Assembly: GCA_963743305.1 (NCBI GenBank) | Contig: CAVUPH010000032.1 | Coordinates: 73,890-137,889, forward strand | Origin: an uncultured delta proteobacterium | GTDB taxonomy: Bacteria > Desulfobacterota > RBG-13-43-22 | DNA: 64,000 bases | Reading direction: 5' to 3' | Shown here: in pieces, positions 1 through 10,182 of the stretch | How the letters are laid out: every line of letters starts with the position of its first letter | How positions within the stretch are numbered: the stretch's first letter is position 1 | Translations under genes and position numbers: made by a program | The notes under the pieces: model-generated | Told to the model about the DNA's origin: nothing | The model's input: only the letters and a program-made list of their open reading frames with translations | Database searches by the model: none

Positions 1-116
1 AGAGGCGTTAAGGTCGTGCCCAGTTTCTTCGCTTCTTCCGCCGTAACAGCCCCCAGGGCAGCGCCCGCAAATGTCAGCAGTATGATGGCTGCGATGAAGA
101 TATAGCGTACTCTCAT
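1..116 (-). CDS. DUF1329-family periplasmic protein, N-terminal part (runs off window)
   Basis: Hand translation MRVRYIFIAAIILLTFAGAALGAVTAEEAKKLGTTLTP: signal peptide plus the A-x-x-L-G-T-T-L-T-P start typical of DUF1329. GGAGG RBS upstream. Follows a DUF1302 gene, its usual partner. Confidence 0.7.
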   Translation of the reverse strand, partial: MRVRYIFIAAIILLTFAGAALGAVTAEEAKKLGTTLTP

Positions 117-132
117 GTCGTCGTTCCTCCCG

Positions 133-1873
133 TTAGAATGTGGCTTTAAGTGTGAGTGCAATGGTTCCACGATCCTTAAGCAAAGCATAATCGCCATTGT
201 TGACGGTTACCGCCCCCGTCGGGTCCGTTGAGTAATTTCCAAAATAACCGTAATAGGCCAGATCGACGCGGTACCGCGACATGATGTCGGCCGATATGCC
301 GACGCTAAAGTAGCCCGCGCCCTGGTTGATGCCGGCGACTGTAGCCGCGTTGCCGCCCAGGCCGGTTCCAAAGGTGAGTGGCATCAAGAGATCCACCGAC
401 GGGAAAACTTGAAACCAGGTAGGGATGAAGCTGACGATCAACCCCGAAGGCGTCTTTGTCCACGCGGTCAATGGCGGTGTAGTCGGAGCGGCCCTTGAAG
501 ACCGCTTCGTTCTGCGTCACCCGATTCCATCGACACCAACTAAATTCCGCCGTCCAGGTTGCCGTATCAAACACCGGCGTTTTATTGATCAGGCCCAGGA
601 AATTCAGCACCCCGTGAAAGGTGTCACCCCTCGCCGCCGCGGTGTCGCCGGAATTGGGAAGGGCGGTAATATAACTTCCCGGAGCAAGCCCCAGCGCGGC
701 GGCATTGCTGTTACTGGCCACGAGGACCGTGTCACTAACCAACGGCATATTGGTCCGGTAAGAAAGTTCCGCACCCACGCTGAGGCCCAGGATTTGCTTA
801 GACAGACTTATACCGTACAGATTGATATTGTCGGCATAGGCGAAATTGAACTCGGCGGGCGAACCGTTTACCACAGGATTCAGATTCAGGAACGCCTGCG
901 GCAACTTGTCGGACAAATTCCGGTAATAAAAACCGAGCGTCCCGTCAATCCATTCGGGGCTCCAGCGCGTAGCGATCCCCCAGTCTTTCGCTTCGGGTGG
1001 ATTAATGTCGTTCCCTCTGCGGATGACCCCGAGATCTGGATCCAGGATTGATTGTGATCCGTTGAGAAAAAAATCGTAGATGCCCAGATACGAGCCGGCT
1101 TCCGGATAACGACTGGGTTCCCATTGTAAGAAGTATTGTCCGGTAATCGAAAGCCCTTTGAGAGGCGCGACTGAAACCGAGACATTGTTCAGGGGACGGA
1201 ACAACTCTTTTATGCTGGTACCCGGCACGGCATACGCCTTAAAGTAATCAATCGGCGATTGCATGTAAGCGATGCTGTTTAGTCCTGCGGTCAACCCCAG
1301 GCTTTCTCCAAAGAAGAGTGTATACCGCCCGGCCTTGACCTGGACCGGTATGTCGGCAATGCTGAATCTGCCGAAGCCAAAGGCATCGAGAACTTCGCCG
1401 TTCGGTCCGGCATAGTAGTATTTAACGTAATCACTCACACCGAGGGCCTGTTTTCCATTGTTTAAATGGTTCGAAGTGGCAACCGAATGGTTGTCAAAAC
1501 TATCCTTCGCGTAAGCCTGGTCGTACCAGCCGGCCCAACTGACTCGAAATCCGAAATCCTTCTTAAAGGTAGCGTCAAACTCGGATAAAACGTCCAGTCG
1601 ATTGGCCACAATACCGTTGGCAAAGTTACGGTCTCCGTCATCGAGATTCGGATTGGAGAGGATCGCCTTGTCCTGGCTTCCGACCCTGTAGCCCAGGTTG
1701 TAACGAAATGTATTATCCCAGTTTACCTTGAGGTCATCATTCCCCGTGTCGATTTTAAAGGCACTGGCGCCGCCACCTGCACCGAAAATGAACGCTACTA
1801 CCAACCCAACCGCAAGAAAGCGTTTACCTCGATTTTCCAGCAGGCGTTTCCCCCCCATCATGGTTTTACCCAT
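133..1873 (-). CDS. DUF1302-family outer-membrane beta-barrel protein (one +1 frameshift near 445)
   Basis: ORF 305-1873 (signal peptide, WDNTFRY, DDGDRNF) joins ORF 133-471 (ends LKDRGTIALTLKATF, terminal Phe) if one G is removed from a GGGG run. Confidence 0.75.
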
Positions 1874-2163
1874 CGTTCAACCTCCTCTCCTAAATTTTAT
1901 GCCCAGGGATTTCGGTATTGGTTGACATGACATTCCTGCCGCAAGAACGTATTCCAGATGATAACACGAGCGTTGAGAGCGTCTCCGCCTTGGACCACCG
2001 CACGATCCCGGAGAGCTGCCAGGTAAAAACACGGCCTTGTGGCATCACAAAACTGCGTGCTCGGGGTTCCTGTACGGCCCCGATTCTGACCTAAAAATAC
2101 AAAACCTCCTTTCAATATATTGTCTTGTTTCAAAAGCACTTGCCCTAGCAGGATAAAGTTTTT

Positions 2164-2607
2164 TCATTTTTGCTGCTGACAAAATCCCTCCTGGCGACTT
2201 CTTACCAGATAAGAGCCAACGATCGCCTCAGCCTCAATTTCCACCAGATGGGCCGGACGGGCCAAGGCCGCAACCTCGGCCATGGTGATTACCGGTTTGA
2301 TCTCCTTAAAGAATTCCGAATAGGCCTGCATATATTCAGCGGCCCGCTTGATGTCCGTCACATAAAGGCGCACCCTATAGACTTCCGAGAGCTGGGCCCC
2401 CGCCTTGATTAAAGCCATTTCAATTTTTTGGAAGATGATTTTGGTTTGCCGGTAAGCATCCCCCTCCGCCTCGACCACTCCCTCCGGATTGGTGGTGGTC
2501 GTACCGCCTACAAAAACGAAGTTCCCGACCTTGACGGCCCGGCTGTAACCCGCCTTTTCTTCCAGAGGCGCGCCAGAAGAAAAGTTCTCTCTCTTCAGCA
2601 AATCCAT
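2164..2607 (-). CDS. RidA/YjgF/UK114 family imine/enamine deaminase-like protein
   Basis: GYSRAVKVGNFVFVGGTT and LVEIEAEA motifs. Confidence 0.85.
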   Translation of the reverse strand: MDLLKRENFSSGAPLEEKAGYSRAVKVGNFVFVGGTTTTNPEGVVEAEGDAYRQTKIIFQKIEMALIKAGAQLSEVYRVRLYVTDIKRAAEYMQAYSEFFKEIKPVITMAEVAALARPAHLVEIEAEAIVGSYLVRSRQEGFCQQQK

Positions 2608-2696
2608 AGTCCGATCCTCTCGCTACTTAACCAGGGCAATCCTTAGTGAAAAAACGATCTTTAATCACTTGCAGCCGAAGCAGGCCTGATTTTTAA

Positions 2697-3764
2697 TCAA
2701 AATCCGTACCTTACATAATCATACTCGCAGGGGTTTCCATAGGCAATGTACATAGCATTGTCCTCAAGATCATAGATTACGGAGGCTACCGTCTTAAAGG
2801 GAATGGGCCCATCTTGGTCCACATGCCTGCAAATCGCATTCGGGGCGTTGTTATGGTCTCTTAGAACAGCCATCATCGTTTCGGCGGTAATCGACCCGTA
2901 TTGTCTTTTCATAAGCCTATTGATCCGCTGAATACGAAGATAGCTATCCGCCGCCCCCAAGGCGTAGACCCAATCCCCTTTTTGAAATCTGGGAGTCAAA
3001 TAATGGTTGGAGTGGACCAGGATATCCTCTTCCGGCTGAAGCACATTAAAATCGTCGGGGACTCCTTCTATCCCGATGATGTCCCCCTCCCGGCTGCCCA
3101 AACCATAATACAGCAGGCCCCGTCCCGCTTCACAGAAAACCCCCAGGGCATCGCCGATATTTTTTTGCCGCATCGCTTTGTGGTTAACGAACCCACAAGG
3201 GATATTTAGGCGGTGTTGTTCCTGCGGAGCCAAGGTCAGGTTCATGACTAACCCCAGACCGGCTGAGCTTAACGTCCACTCCAGGACACCCCCGAAGGCC
3301 AGCGTCAATTGCTCCAAACCATTGGCGTGTTTTATTTTCAATAAATTCAAAGGAAAATCAGGGGACCAGTCTATGTTTTGTCCGAGTATCGTCTTCCCGC
3401 CAGGCGTCGCCGTGCCCGTAGCCAGAAAAGAAGTGCATAAGGCGGTTATCTGGTTGTAGTAATCGCCCAATTCAATCATACACCTCAGCGCGAAGACCTC
3501 CTCAAAGCTGACCCCGGCGCCTTCGGCCTGGCCTTTCAACATCTCTATCATCGCTGGATCGAACTTCTCCACGGCCGGGAGAAATTTTTGCGCATTGGCG
3601 ATTATCTGTTCCCGGCTGGCCTTATAAACAAACGTAAAGGCCTCCTCATGCATGGCAATGGACTTAACAATATTCTCTTTGGCGCCGGTCCCATACTGTT
3701 TGCCGATTTCGTAGGGTGTACCGCTACACTCGATCACGCTAAACTTCTTCTTATTTAAGGGCAT
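2697..3764 (-). CDS. C45 family Ntn-hydrolase (acyl-CoA:6-APA acyltransferase-like amidase/acyltransferase)
   Basis: SGTPYEIGKQYG N-terminus, autocatalytic CTSF site, GQNIDW, HSNHY and GNPC motifs. Confidence 0.85.
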   Translation of the reverse strand: MPLNKKKFSVIECSGTPYEIGKQYGTGAKENIVKSIAMHEEAFTFVYKASREQIIANAQKFLPAVEKFDPAMIEMLKGQAEGAGVSFEEVFALRCMIELGDYYNQITALCTSFLATGTATPGGKTILGQNIDWSPDFPLNLLKIKHANGLEQLTLAFGGVLEWTLSSAGLGLVMNLTLAPQEQHRLNIPCGFVNHKAMRQKNIGDALGVFCEAGRGLLYYGLGSREGDIIGIEGVPDDFNVLQPEEDILVHSNHYLTPRFQKGDWVYALGAADSYLRIQRINRLMKRQYGSITAETMMAVLRDHNNAPNAICRHVDQDGPIPFKTVASVIYDLEDNAMYIAYGNPCEYDYVRYGF

Positions 3765-3941
3765 GACTTATCTCTCCTTCTCAGGCGCATCGTCAAATTC
3801 CGTTACCTGAATTTAGCGGTTCATTCCCATCGCAAAAATCCCTAGCCATCTTTTATAATCACTCACCTCCTTATTTTGAGCCAGTTCCAGAGGCTCGACC
3901 CGGGGTATTCTCGCAACCCCAGGGGCCATTTCCGAATATCC

Positions 3942-5384
3942 CTATTCCCCTTGGACCAGACCAGCCACAATCGCACCCGTCCTCTCCAACTCTTCTTTCG
4001 ACCTCGTTCGCTGCAGATGTGCGCCACTGATGAAGAAACCCAGCGCTATGATTAGGACAACGATCAAATCAAAGATCTCCGGGATATGGGGGGGAAAAAA
4101 CATTCCTATGAGGACAAATAATATGGAGCAGGCTCCCAAACCTGGCACAACGCCATGCTTCCACAGGCTATACTCTCCGGGCTGTTTCCTTCGGTAATAA
4201 AAAGTCGAACATACGCAGGCTATGCCGTAGCAGGCCAGAGCAGCAGCCATAGCGATGATCACCCCTACGGCCAAGCACCACTGCAACGGGCCGTTATCCC
4301 CCCCCCACAGGAGGGAACCTGGTATCATCGTGATCAGACCAAACGCGTACACCGTCAAAATCGCTACCCAGGGGGTCCTGAACCTCGAATGAAGTCTGCC
4401 AAATACCCGTGGAAGTATCCCCGCTCGTCCCATGGAATATAAAATTCGGGCCACTCCCATCATGCCCGCCGAGGCCGGCCCGATCGTGCCCAGAGTCACT
4501 ACCCCGATTAAAAGGACAAAGCCGGGGAAGCCCCAAAATTTCTTGCTGAGCGTCACTATAACCGGGTCTTCTATGGTCCAGCCCCTCATTTCGTTCCAGA
4601 AGCCATAGATAGTCATGGTAGTGTAGATAACATAGAAAATAGTACCAATGATAATAGATACAACGAGGCCGAAGCCCACCCCCTTCAGGGGATCCTTGGC
4701 TTCCTCACCCATGGCGGCTACAGCCTCAAAGCCGACAAAAACGACTGTGCCCCATAACAATCCGTAGGCAGCGCCGCTAACCCCTTTCAACCCTTCAAGT
4801 TTTCCCATGAGCGGGAGGAGACTGGTTCCTTCCATCGCTCCGCCGTGGAAGGGTCCGTTAGTCATAACATAGGCCGCCAGGGCGAGCACACAAGCAATCT
4901 GGAACAAAGCGGAGTAAAATAAAAACCTAAAACTCGCCGCAACTCCTATCCAAGCAAGAAAAGCCACAAAAGCAAAACCTACTGTAAAAATAATCCACCA
5001 GGGGACATAAATACCGCACTCGGCCAGGAGCCACCACAGGAACCAGTACCCTAAACCGGTTGCCCCTGCCGAAAGAAAGGCCCACATGGTAAAGCTTAGT
5101 CCGGCAACAACCCAGCCCACTCTGAATCCAATAGCATTGATGGCAAAGGTATAGAAAGATCCGGCAGAGGGGAGTTTCCTGGTAAGCTGAGACATGCTGT
5201 AGGCTACGATGAGCATCATGATGCCGGAGAGGACCATGGTGACCGGTGTCAAAACCCCGGTGAAGTAGATTACAGAACCAATGGCGACCGCCGCCCCAGC
5301 ACCGGGGGTATAAAAAGAAACTCCTGCCCAGGCCAGCATCCACTTGCCTAAAGCCCTGGATTCTAGCCTGTTCAACTTCTTCAT
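3942..5384 (-). CDS. APC-superfamily amino acid/amine permease
   Basis: About 12 hydrophobic segments, PSAGSFY, FVGFEAVAAMGEEAKDP and RILYSMGR..LP..F..LH.RF.TP motifs. RBS AGGAGG before MKKLN. Confidence 0.88.
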   Translation of the reverse strand: MKKLNRLESRALGKWMLAWAGVSFYTPGAGAAVAIGSVIYFTGVLTPVTMVLSGIMMLIVAYSMSQLTRKLPSAGSFYTFAINAIGFRVGWVVAGLSFTMWAFLSAGATGLGYWFLWWLLAECGIYVPWWIIFTVGFAFVAFLAWIGVAASFRFLFYSALFQIACVLALAAYVMTNGPFHGGAMEGTSLLPLMGKLEGLKGVSGAAYGLLWGTVVFVGFEAVAAMGEEAKDPLKGVGFGLVVSIIIGTIFYVIYTTMTIYGFWNEMRGWTIEDPVIVTLSKKFWGFPGFVLLIGVVTLGTIGPASAGMMGVARILYSMGRAGILPRVFGRLHSRFRTPWVAILTVYAFGLITMIPGSLLWGGDNGPLQWCLAVGVIIAMAAALACYGIACVCSTFYYRRKQPGEYSLWKHGVVPGLGACSILFVLIGMFFPPHIPEIFDLIVVLIIALGFFISGAHLQRTRSKEELERTGAIVAGLVQGE

Positions 5385-5514
5385 CCATTTAACCCCTCCT
5401 CTAAAAATCGCGGTGGGCCTATAAGCCTTCAACCGGACAATCTGTGGGCCGGAGCAAAAGCCGTATCCTAACCCCTGCGCAAACCCTATTTCATTAGTCT
5501 GCCCCTGCGCCAAG

Positions 5515-6942
5515 TTACGCGCCATAGCGGTACCGGTAATCATCCGTCAGCACACAGCGTCGGACCCGGGTGAAGGTCCGGGGACGGGTCAGACCCTCCC
5601 CGCCGGTGGCCACATGGAGGGACTTGAAACCCTCCCCGTCCACACCGATCCCGGCCACGGAGGCGCCGTTTTTCACCAGTTGTGAGGCGTCGGCCCGGCT
5701 GGCCAGGCGGGCCATATTGGCCAGGCTGTTGGAGTGAAAAACGATGGTGTGACGCATCCCCTGCTCCGCGGCAATCCCCAGGGTCAGGGCTTCTTCAAAG
5801 TCCCGGCAGCGGACCAGCGGCAGGATGGGCATGATCTGCTCCGTCCAGATGAGGGGGTGTTCGGCGTCGGTCTCCAGGATGGCGATCCGGGTCTCGGACG
5901 GAATGGTCAGTCCGATGGTCCGCTGGAGGATCTCGGCCACCGGCCGGCCGATATAGTCCATGTTGATGACGCTCTGGACCCTCCCGGGACGGATCTCCTT
6001 GAAGATCACCGGCACCAGGGCCCGCCCCTGTTCGGCGGTAAGTTCAAAGGCCCCGTGCTGTTTCAACCGCTCTTTGAGCCGGTCGGCGGCCGAGGCCACC
6101 ACGAAGATCTCCTTTTCGCTGGAACAGGGGGTGCAGTTGCTCAACGAGGCGCCCCGAATGATGCAGCGGGCGGCCCGGTCCAGGTCGGCCGTCTCGTCCA
6201 CGATGACCGGGGGATTGCCGGGTCCCCCGGAGATGACCCGTTTTCCGGTCTGGGCCGCAAATTCCACGACCCGGTGTCCGCCGGTAACCGCGATCATGTC
6301 CACCAGGGGATGGGTCATCAGCATCTGGGCCGTGGGGATCGAGGGTTCCGCCACCGTGGTCAGGCAGTCCGGCGGGCCTCCGGCGGCGACGATGGCCCGA
6401 TTCAGGTCCCGGACCACCCGGGCCGAGATCTCCTTGGTCTTGGGATGGGGGTTGAAAACAACAGAATTCCCGCCGGCCAGCATGAGGATGCTGTTGTGGA
6501 GGATGCCGGGGGCGGCGTTGGTGACGGCGTTGACCGAAGCGATGACCCCGACCGGAATCCTTTCCAGCAGCGTGGTCCCCCGATCGCCGCTGAACACTTC
6601 GGGGGCCAGATCCTCCAGGCCGGGGGCCTGACAGGCCACCTCGATCTTCAACATGGTGCCTTCCACGGCCCCCAATTCGGCTTCGGCCAATTCGAGTTCG
6701 CCGTAGGTCCGCCGGTTGGCCAACCCCACCTGCCTGATGATTTGAATTATTTTTTCCCGCAGTTCCAGGGAAAGCCCGACCAGTGCCGCCTGGGCCTTGA
6801 CCGCCGCCTGAATGGCCTCTTCCATGGTCCCGTACACCCCCCAGGCGGTCTCCGCGGCTGAAGACGTCTGTCCCGAACCGGCGGCCGGGTTCATTTCCGA
6901 CCAGATCAGGGAAACGATCCGTTCAATCTGATTTTTATCCAT
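5515..6942 (-). CDS. CoA-acylating aldehyde dehydrogenase (EutE/PduP family) with N-terminal encapsulation peptide
   Basis: PVGVIAS..TN, VTGG, GGPGNPPVIVDETAD, catalytic C-x-x-EKE, EQIMP, GEG.T..RTFTR.RRC. N-terminal helix DKNQIERIVSLIWSEM. Confidence 0.9.
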   Translation of the reverse strand: MDKNQIERIVSLIWSEMNPAAGSGQTSSAAETAWGVYGTMEEAIQAAVKAQAALVGLSLELREKIIQIIRQVGLANRRTYGELELAEAELGAVEGTMLKIEVACQAPGLEDLAPEVFSGDRGTTLLERIPVGVIASVNAVTNAAPGILHNSILMLAGGNSVVFNPHPKTKEISARVVRDLNRAIVAAGGPPDCLTTVAEPSIPTAQMLMTHPLVDMIAVTGGHRVVEFAAQTGKRVISGGPGNPPVIVDETADLDRAARCIIRGASLSNCTPCSSEKEIFVVASAADRLKERLKQHGAFELTAEQGRALVPVIFKEIRPGRVQSVINMDYIGRPVAEILQRTIGLTIPSETRIAILETDAEHPLIWTEQIMPILPLVRCRDFEEALTLGIAAEQGMRHTIVFHSNSLANMARLASRADASQLVKNGASVAGIGVDGEGFKSLHVATGGEGLTRPRTFTRVRRCVLTDDYRYRYGA

Positions 6943-6978
6943 GGCTATTCCAGTCCCCAATTATCCGTTTGATCCGGC

Positions 6979-8433
6979 TCAAGCCGTAAGACCATAGCGG
7001 TAGCGAAAGTCATCGGTCAGGACACAGCGCCGCACCAGGGTGAAGACCCGGGGCCGGGTGTGCCCTTCGCCGTTGGTGGCGATGTGAAAGGAGACGAACC
7101 CCTCCCCGGCGACGCCGACGCTGGCCAGTCCGCAGGAGCCGTTTTTGACGAAGGCCGCGCACTTGGCGCGTGCGGCCATTTTTCGAATGGTCTCCAGGTT
7201 GTTGGAGTGGATGGCCATGGTGTGGCCGTTGCCCTGTTCCGCGGCGATGGCCCGGTCGATGGCCTCCCCCGCGTCCCGGCAGCGAACCAGGGGGATGACC
7301 GGCATGATCTGCTCGGTCCAGACCAGGGGGTGATCGGGCCCCGTTTCCAGGATCACGATCTTGGCCTCCGGACCCACCGTCAGGCCGATGGCCTGGAGGA
7401 TGAAGGAAGGTGGCTTGCCGATGTACTCCATGTTGATCACCCCCGGCCGGCCGGGCTCCCGGATTTCTTTGAAGATACGCGGGAGCAGTTCCTGCCCCTG
7501 CGGTACGGTGATTTCATAGGCCCCGTACCGCTTCAACAGTTCCTTGAAGCGGTCGGCCACGGCGTCCACCACAAAAAGCTCCTTCTCGCTGGCGCAGGCC
7601 ATGCAGTTCGAGAAGGAGGCCCCTTCGATCACACAGCGGGCGGCCCGGTCCAGATCGGCTGTTTCGTCGACCACCACCGGCGGGTTGCCGGGGCCGCCGG
7701 CGATCAGCCGCTTACCGGTCTGGGCGGCAAAAGCCACCACCCCGTGCCCGCCGGTGACGGCGATCAGCCGGATCAGGGGATGGGTCATGAGCTGCTGGGC
7801 CGAAGGCACCGAGGGTTCCTCCAGGCAACAGATGCAGTTGGCCGGCCCCCCGGCCTCCTGGATGGCCCGATTTAGGTCCCGCACCACCCGGGCCGCCACG
7901 TTCCTGGTCTTGGGGTGGGGGTTGTTGACCACCGTGTTTCCCCCGGCCAGCATCATGATGGCGTTGAACAGGATGGTGGGAGCACCGTTGGTCACCGGGT
8001 TCACCGAGGCGATGACTCCCACCGGGATCCTTTCGATGATGGTTACACCCTTGTCTCCGGCGAAGACCTCCGGGATCAGGTCCTCCATCCCCAGGACCTC
8101 ACAGGCGGAAAGATTTTTTTTGATATTGTCTTCCGCAGAACCTAAGCCGGTCTCCAAATATTCCATTTGCCCGTAGGTTTCGGCCCCGGTCCGCCCGACC
8201 CGGCGTATAACCTGCAGGATTTCCTCCCGCTTCCGCAGCGGCAAGGCCATCAATTCTTTTTGCGCCCGGGCCGCCGCTTGAATACAGCTTTCAATGTCCG
8301 GAAAGACCCCGTCTCTTGCCGCCAAGGGGAACGATTCCGGAGCAGATTCTTCGGATACCTCGAACCCCTCGCTTTCCAGGCGACGAATGACCCGGGAAAC
8401 GATCTGTTCAAGCCGCTCTTTAGCTAAAGCCAT
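6979..8433 (-). CDS. Second CoA-acylating aldehyde dehydrogenase (EutE/PduP family) with encapsulation peptide
   Basis: Same motifs as 5515-6942 (NPVTN, GGPGNPPVVVDETAD, CASEKE). N-terminal helix KERLEQIVSRVIRRL. Confidence 0.9.
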   Translation of the reverse strand: MALAKERLEQIVSRVIRRLESEGFEVSEESAPESFPLAARDGVFPDIESCIQAAARAQKELMALPLRKREEILQVIRRVGRTGAETYGQMEYLETGLGSAEDNIKKNLSACEVLGMEDLIPEVFAGDKGVTIIERIPVGVIASVNPVTNGAPTILFNAIMMLAGGNTVVNNPHPKTRNVAARVVRDLNRAIQEAGGPANCICCLEEPSVPSAQQLMTHPLIRLIAVTGGHGVVAFAAQTGKRLIAGGPGNPPVVVDETADLDRAARCVIEGASFSNCMACASEKELFVVDAVADRFKELLKRYGAYEITVPQGQELLPRIFKEIREPGRPGVINMEYIGKPPSFILQAIGLTVGPEAKIVILETGPDHPLVWTEQIMPVIPLVRCRDAGEAIDRAIAAEQGNGHTMAIHSNNLETIRKMAARAKCAAFVKNGSCGLASVGVAGEGFVSFHIATNGEGHTRPRVFTLVRRCVLTDDFRYRYGLTA

Positions 8434-8538
8434 CTTTGGTGGATACCCTCCTTGTGTTCAGGCATTGGTCCCATTTTCCAGCAGGGCCTTGGCCCTCGTC
8501 GGTTGTTTGCCGAAATCTCAGGCCGATATTTTAGATAT

Positions 8539-9534
8539 CTAGTTTTTACCTAAACCGGGCTTACTTCTCTTCTTTTTATCCTCCCCCCGTGAGAAACCTT
8601 CCCCGGCAGATAGCAGGGTATAATATTTCGCCTCCAGTGGGTTGCCGGTTATGGGGGAATCAGTATCCAGTGAATAAAAAACCGGCCGCTTTCTTATTCC
8701 ATCCTCAATCTGGCTCAGACGTTTCAAGGTAGCCGTTTTGTCCACGAAGGCAATCTCGTGGATTAAAGCCCCCAACAGGGTCAGGATATGGGAAAAAGGA
8801 TCTACAAAAGACAATCCCTCCACATCCACGATGAGGTATTGGTCGGAAAGGGGAATAATCGGCGATTTGGGGGTATCGCTGATCCCAACGACAAAGGCAC
8901 GACACTTTTTGGCGAATTCGATCAACTCGATGGCCTGATTGGCATAGCGGGGGAAAGCGAAGACCACTAGAAGCAGGGAAGAACCATGGAGGGCAATATG
9001 GTCGAAGTTCTCCCAGGAAAGCTGGGTATCCAGACGCACTCCCGGTCGGATCTTTTTCAGGAGAAAGCCAAAATAGGAAGCCAGAACGGAGGAAGCCCGG
9101 TAGCCGGCTACGAGAACGCGTTCACTCCGGAAAATCTTGCGGGCCAGATTTTTAATTTCCTGTTCCGAAATGGAATGAATCATATGTTCCAGATTCCGCA
9201 GGGTGTTTTGATGATAGGCCTTCATGGGAGTCAGATTGTCGGTCCGTTTGGTGGACTTCAACATACGCTCCACACTGGTCAATTCAATATGGAGCAGCCC
9301 CTTAACGTAGACTTCAAATTCCTCATACCCGGAAAATCCGAGATCCAGAACAAAGCGAGTGACGGTAGGTTCGCTCACCCGGCATTCCCTAGCGATTTCT
9401 TTGGCTTTGATCAAAAAAAGCTTTTTATAATCGTTGATGATGAAATCCGCGATCCGTTTCTTCTTAGGCGACAGTCCGGGATAAATATTGATGATGCGAT
9501 CGAAGAGTTCTTTTTTTGCAGAATTGGTTTTCAT
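8539..9534 (-). CDS. RpiR/MurR/HexR-family transcriptional regulator (HTH + SIS)
   Basis: LSPKKKRIADFI, A..C.VSEPTVTRFV..LGFSGY.EF HTH. SIS motifs G.R.S, FPRY, ISDT..SPI. Confidence 0.9.
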   Translation of the reverse strand: MKTNSAKKELFDRIINIYPGLSPKKKRIADFIINDYKKLFLIKAKEIARECRVSEPTVTRFVLDLGFSGYEEFEVYVKGLLHIELTSVERMLKSTKRTDNLTPMKAYHQNTLRNLEHMIHSISEQEIKNLARKIFRSERVLVAGYRASSVLASYFGFLLKKIRPGVRLDTQLSWENFDHIALHGSSLLLVVFAFPRYANQAIELIEFAKKCRAFVVGISDTPKSPIIPLSDQYLIVDVEGLSFVDPFSHILTLLGALIHEIAFVDKTATLKRLSQIEDGIRKRPVFYSLDTDSPITGNPLEAKYYTLLSAGEGFSRGEDKKKRSKPGLGKN

Positions 9535-9554
9535 CAAAGATTCGGGGAAAAGGG

Positions 9555-10172
9555 TTAGTGGTCCCGACCCACCAAGGTGGCCAGAGCTTCCTCGGCGGCT
9601 GCCTTCGCGGCCTGAATGTTGGAGAGGGTTCCGGATAGATAGACCCGTCCGCTGGCTCCGAAGACGCTGGCATGAACCAGTTTGATATCCGCCGCCTTCT
9701 CCGCCTCATTGGCCGCGAATCCGGCATAGCCGGCCGGCACGACTTCAAGGATATACAGGGCGTCATCGGCCAAAATCATGTTGGCGTCCCGAAACCGGTT
9801 GACGATGGGGGTCATGAAAGGGTCGATCCGATCGATGGTTTCGGCCGCCAGTATCTTGGGCTTCAACCGGTCGGTCTCCTTCATTCCCAGATAATTCAAA
9901 ACCACCTCCCCGGCTTCCCGGACATCGGCCGGAGAATCTCCGTGGACTTCCAGCATGCCATAGGTCCGTTCCACCACCATGGCCCCCGGTCGAACCTTGG
10001 CCTTTTTAAGCACCACATCTGTCAGGGAATTGATCTCGATCCCCGGGGCAATTTCCAGAAAAAGACCCGATTGACCGGCGACCGGGTAGTAGCCTCGCGC
10101 CGTGCTGCTGATGTAACCGACGAATTGCTTCTGCAGTTGATCAATAAAGGCAAAGGCTCGCAGTTCAATCAT
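9555..10172 (-). CDS. BMC-T(dp) double-stacking trimeric shell protein (CcmP/CsoS1D type)
   Basis: ELRAFAFIDQLQ, ARGYYP, EIAPGIEIN, VVER.YG.LEVH, PAGYA..AANEAEKAA, FGASGRVYLSG. Confidence 0.9.
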   Translation of the reverse strand: MIELRAFAFIDQLQKQFVGYISSTARGYYPVAGQSGLFLEIAPGIEINSLTDVVLKKAKVRPGAMVVERTYGMLEVHGDSPADVREAGEVVLNYLGMKETDRLKPKILAAETIDRIDPFMTPIVNRFRDANMILADDALYILEVVPAGYAGFAANEAEKAADIKLVHASVFGASGRVYLSGTLSNIQAAKAAAEEALATLVGRDH

Positions 10173-10182
10173 GGGAGCTCCT

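Noticed and set aside
2120-2150. Sigma54 promoter for the DUF1302 gene
   Set aside because: Only a weak GGCA...TTG match, lacking the conserved -12 GC.
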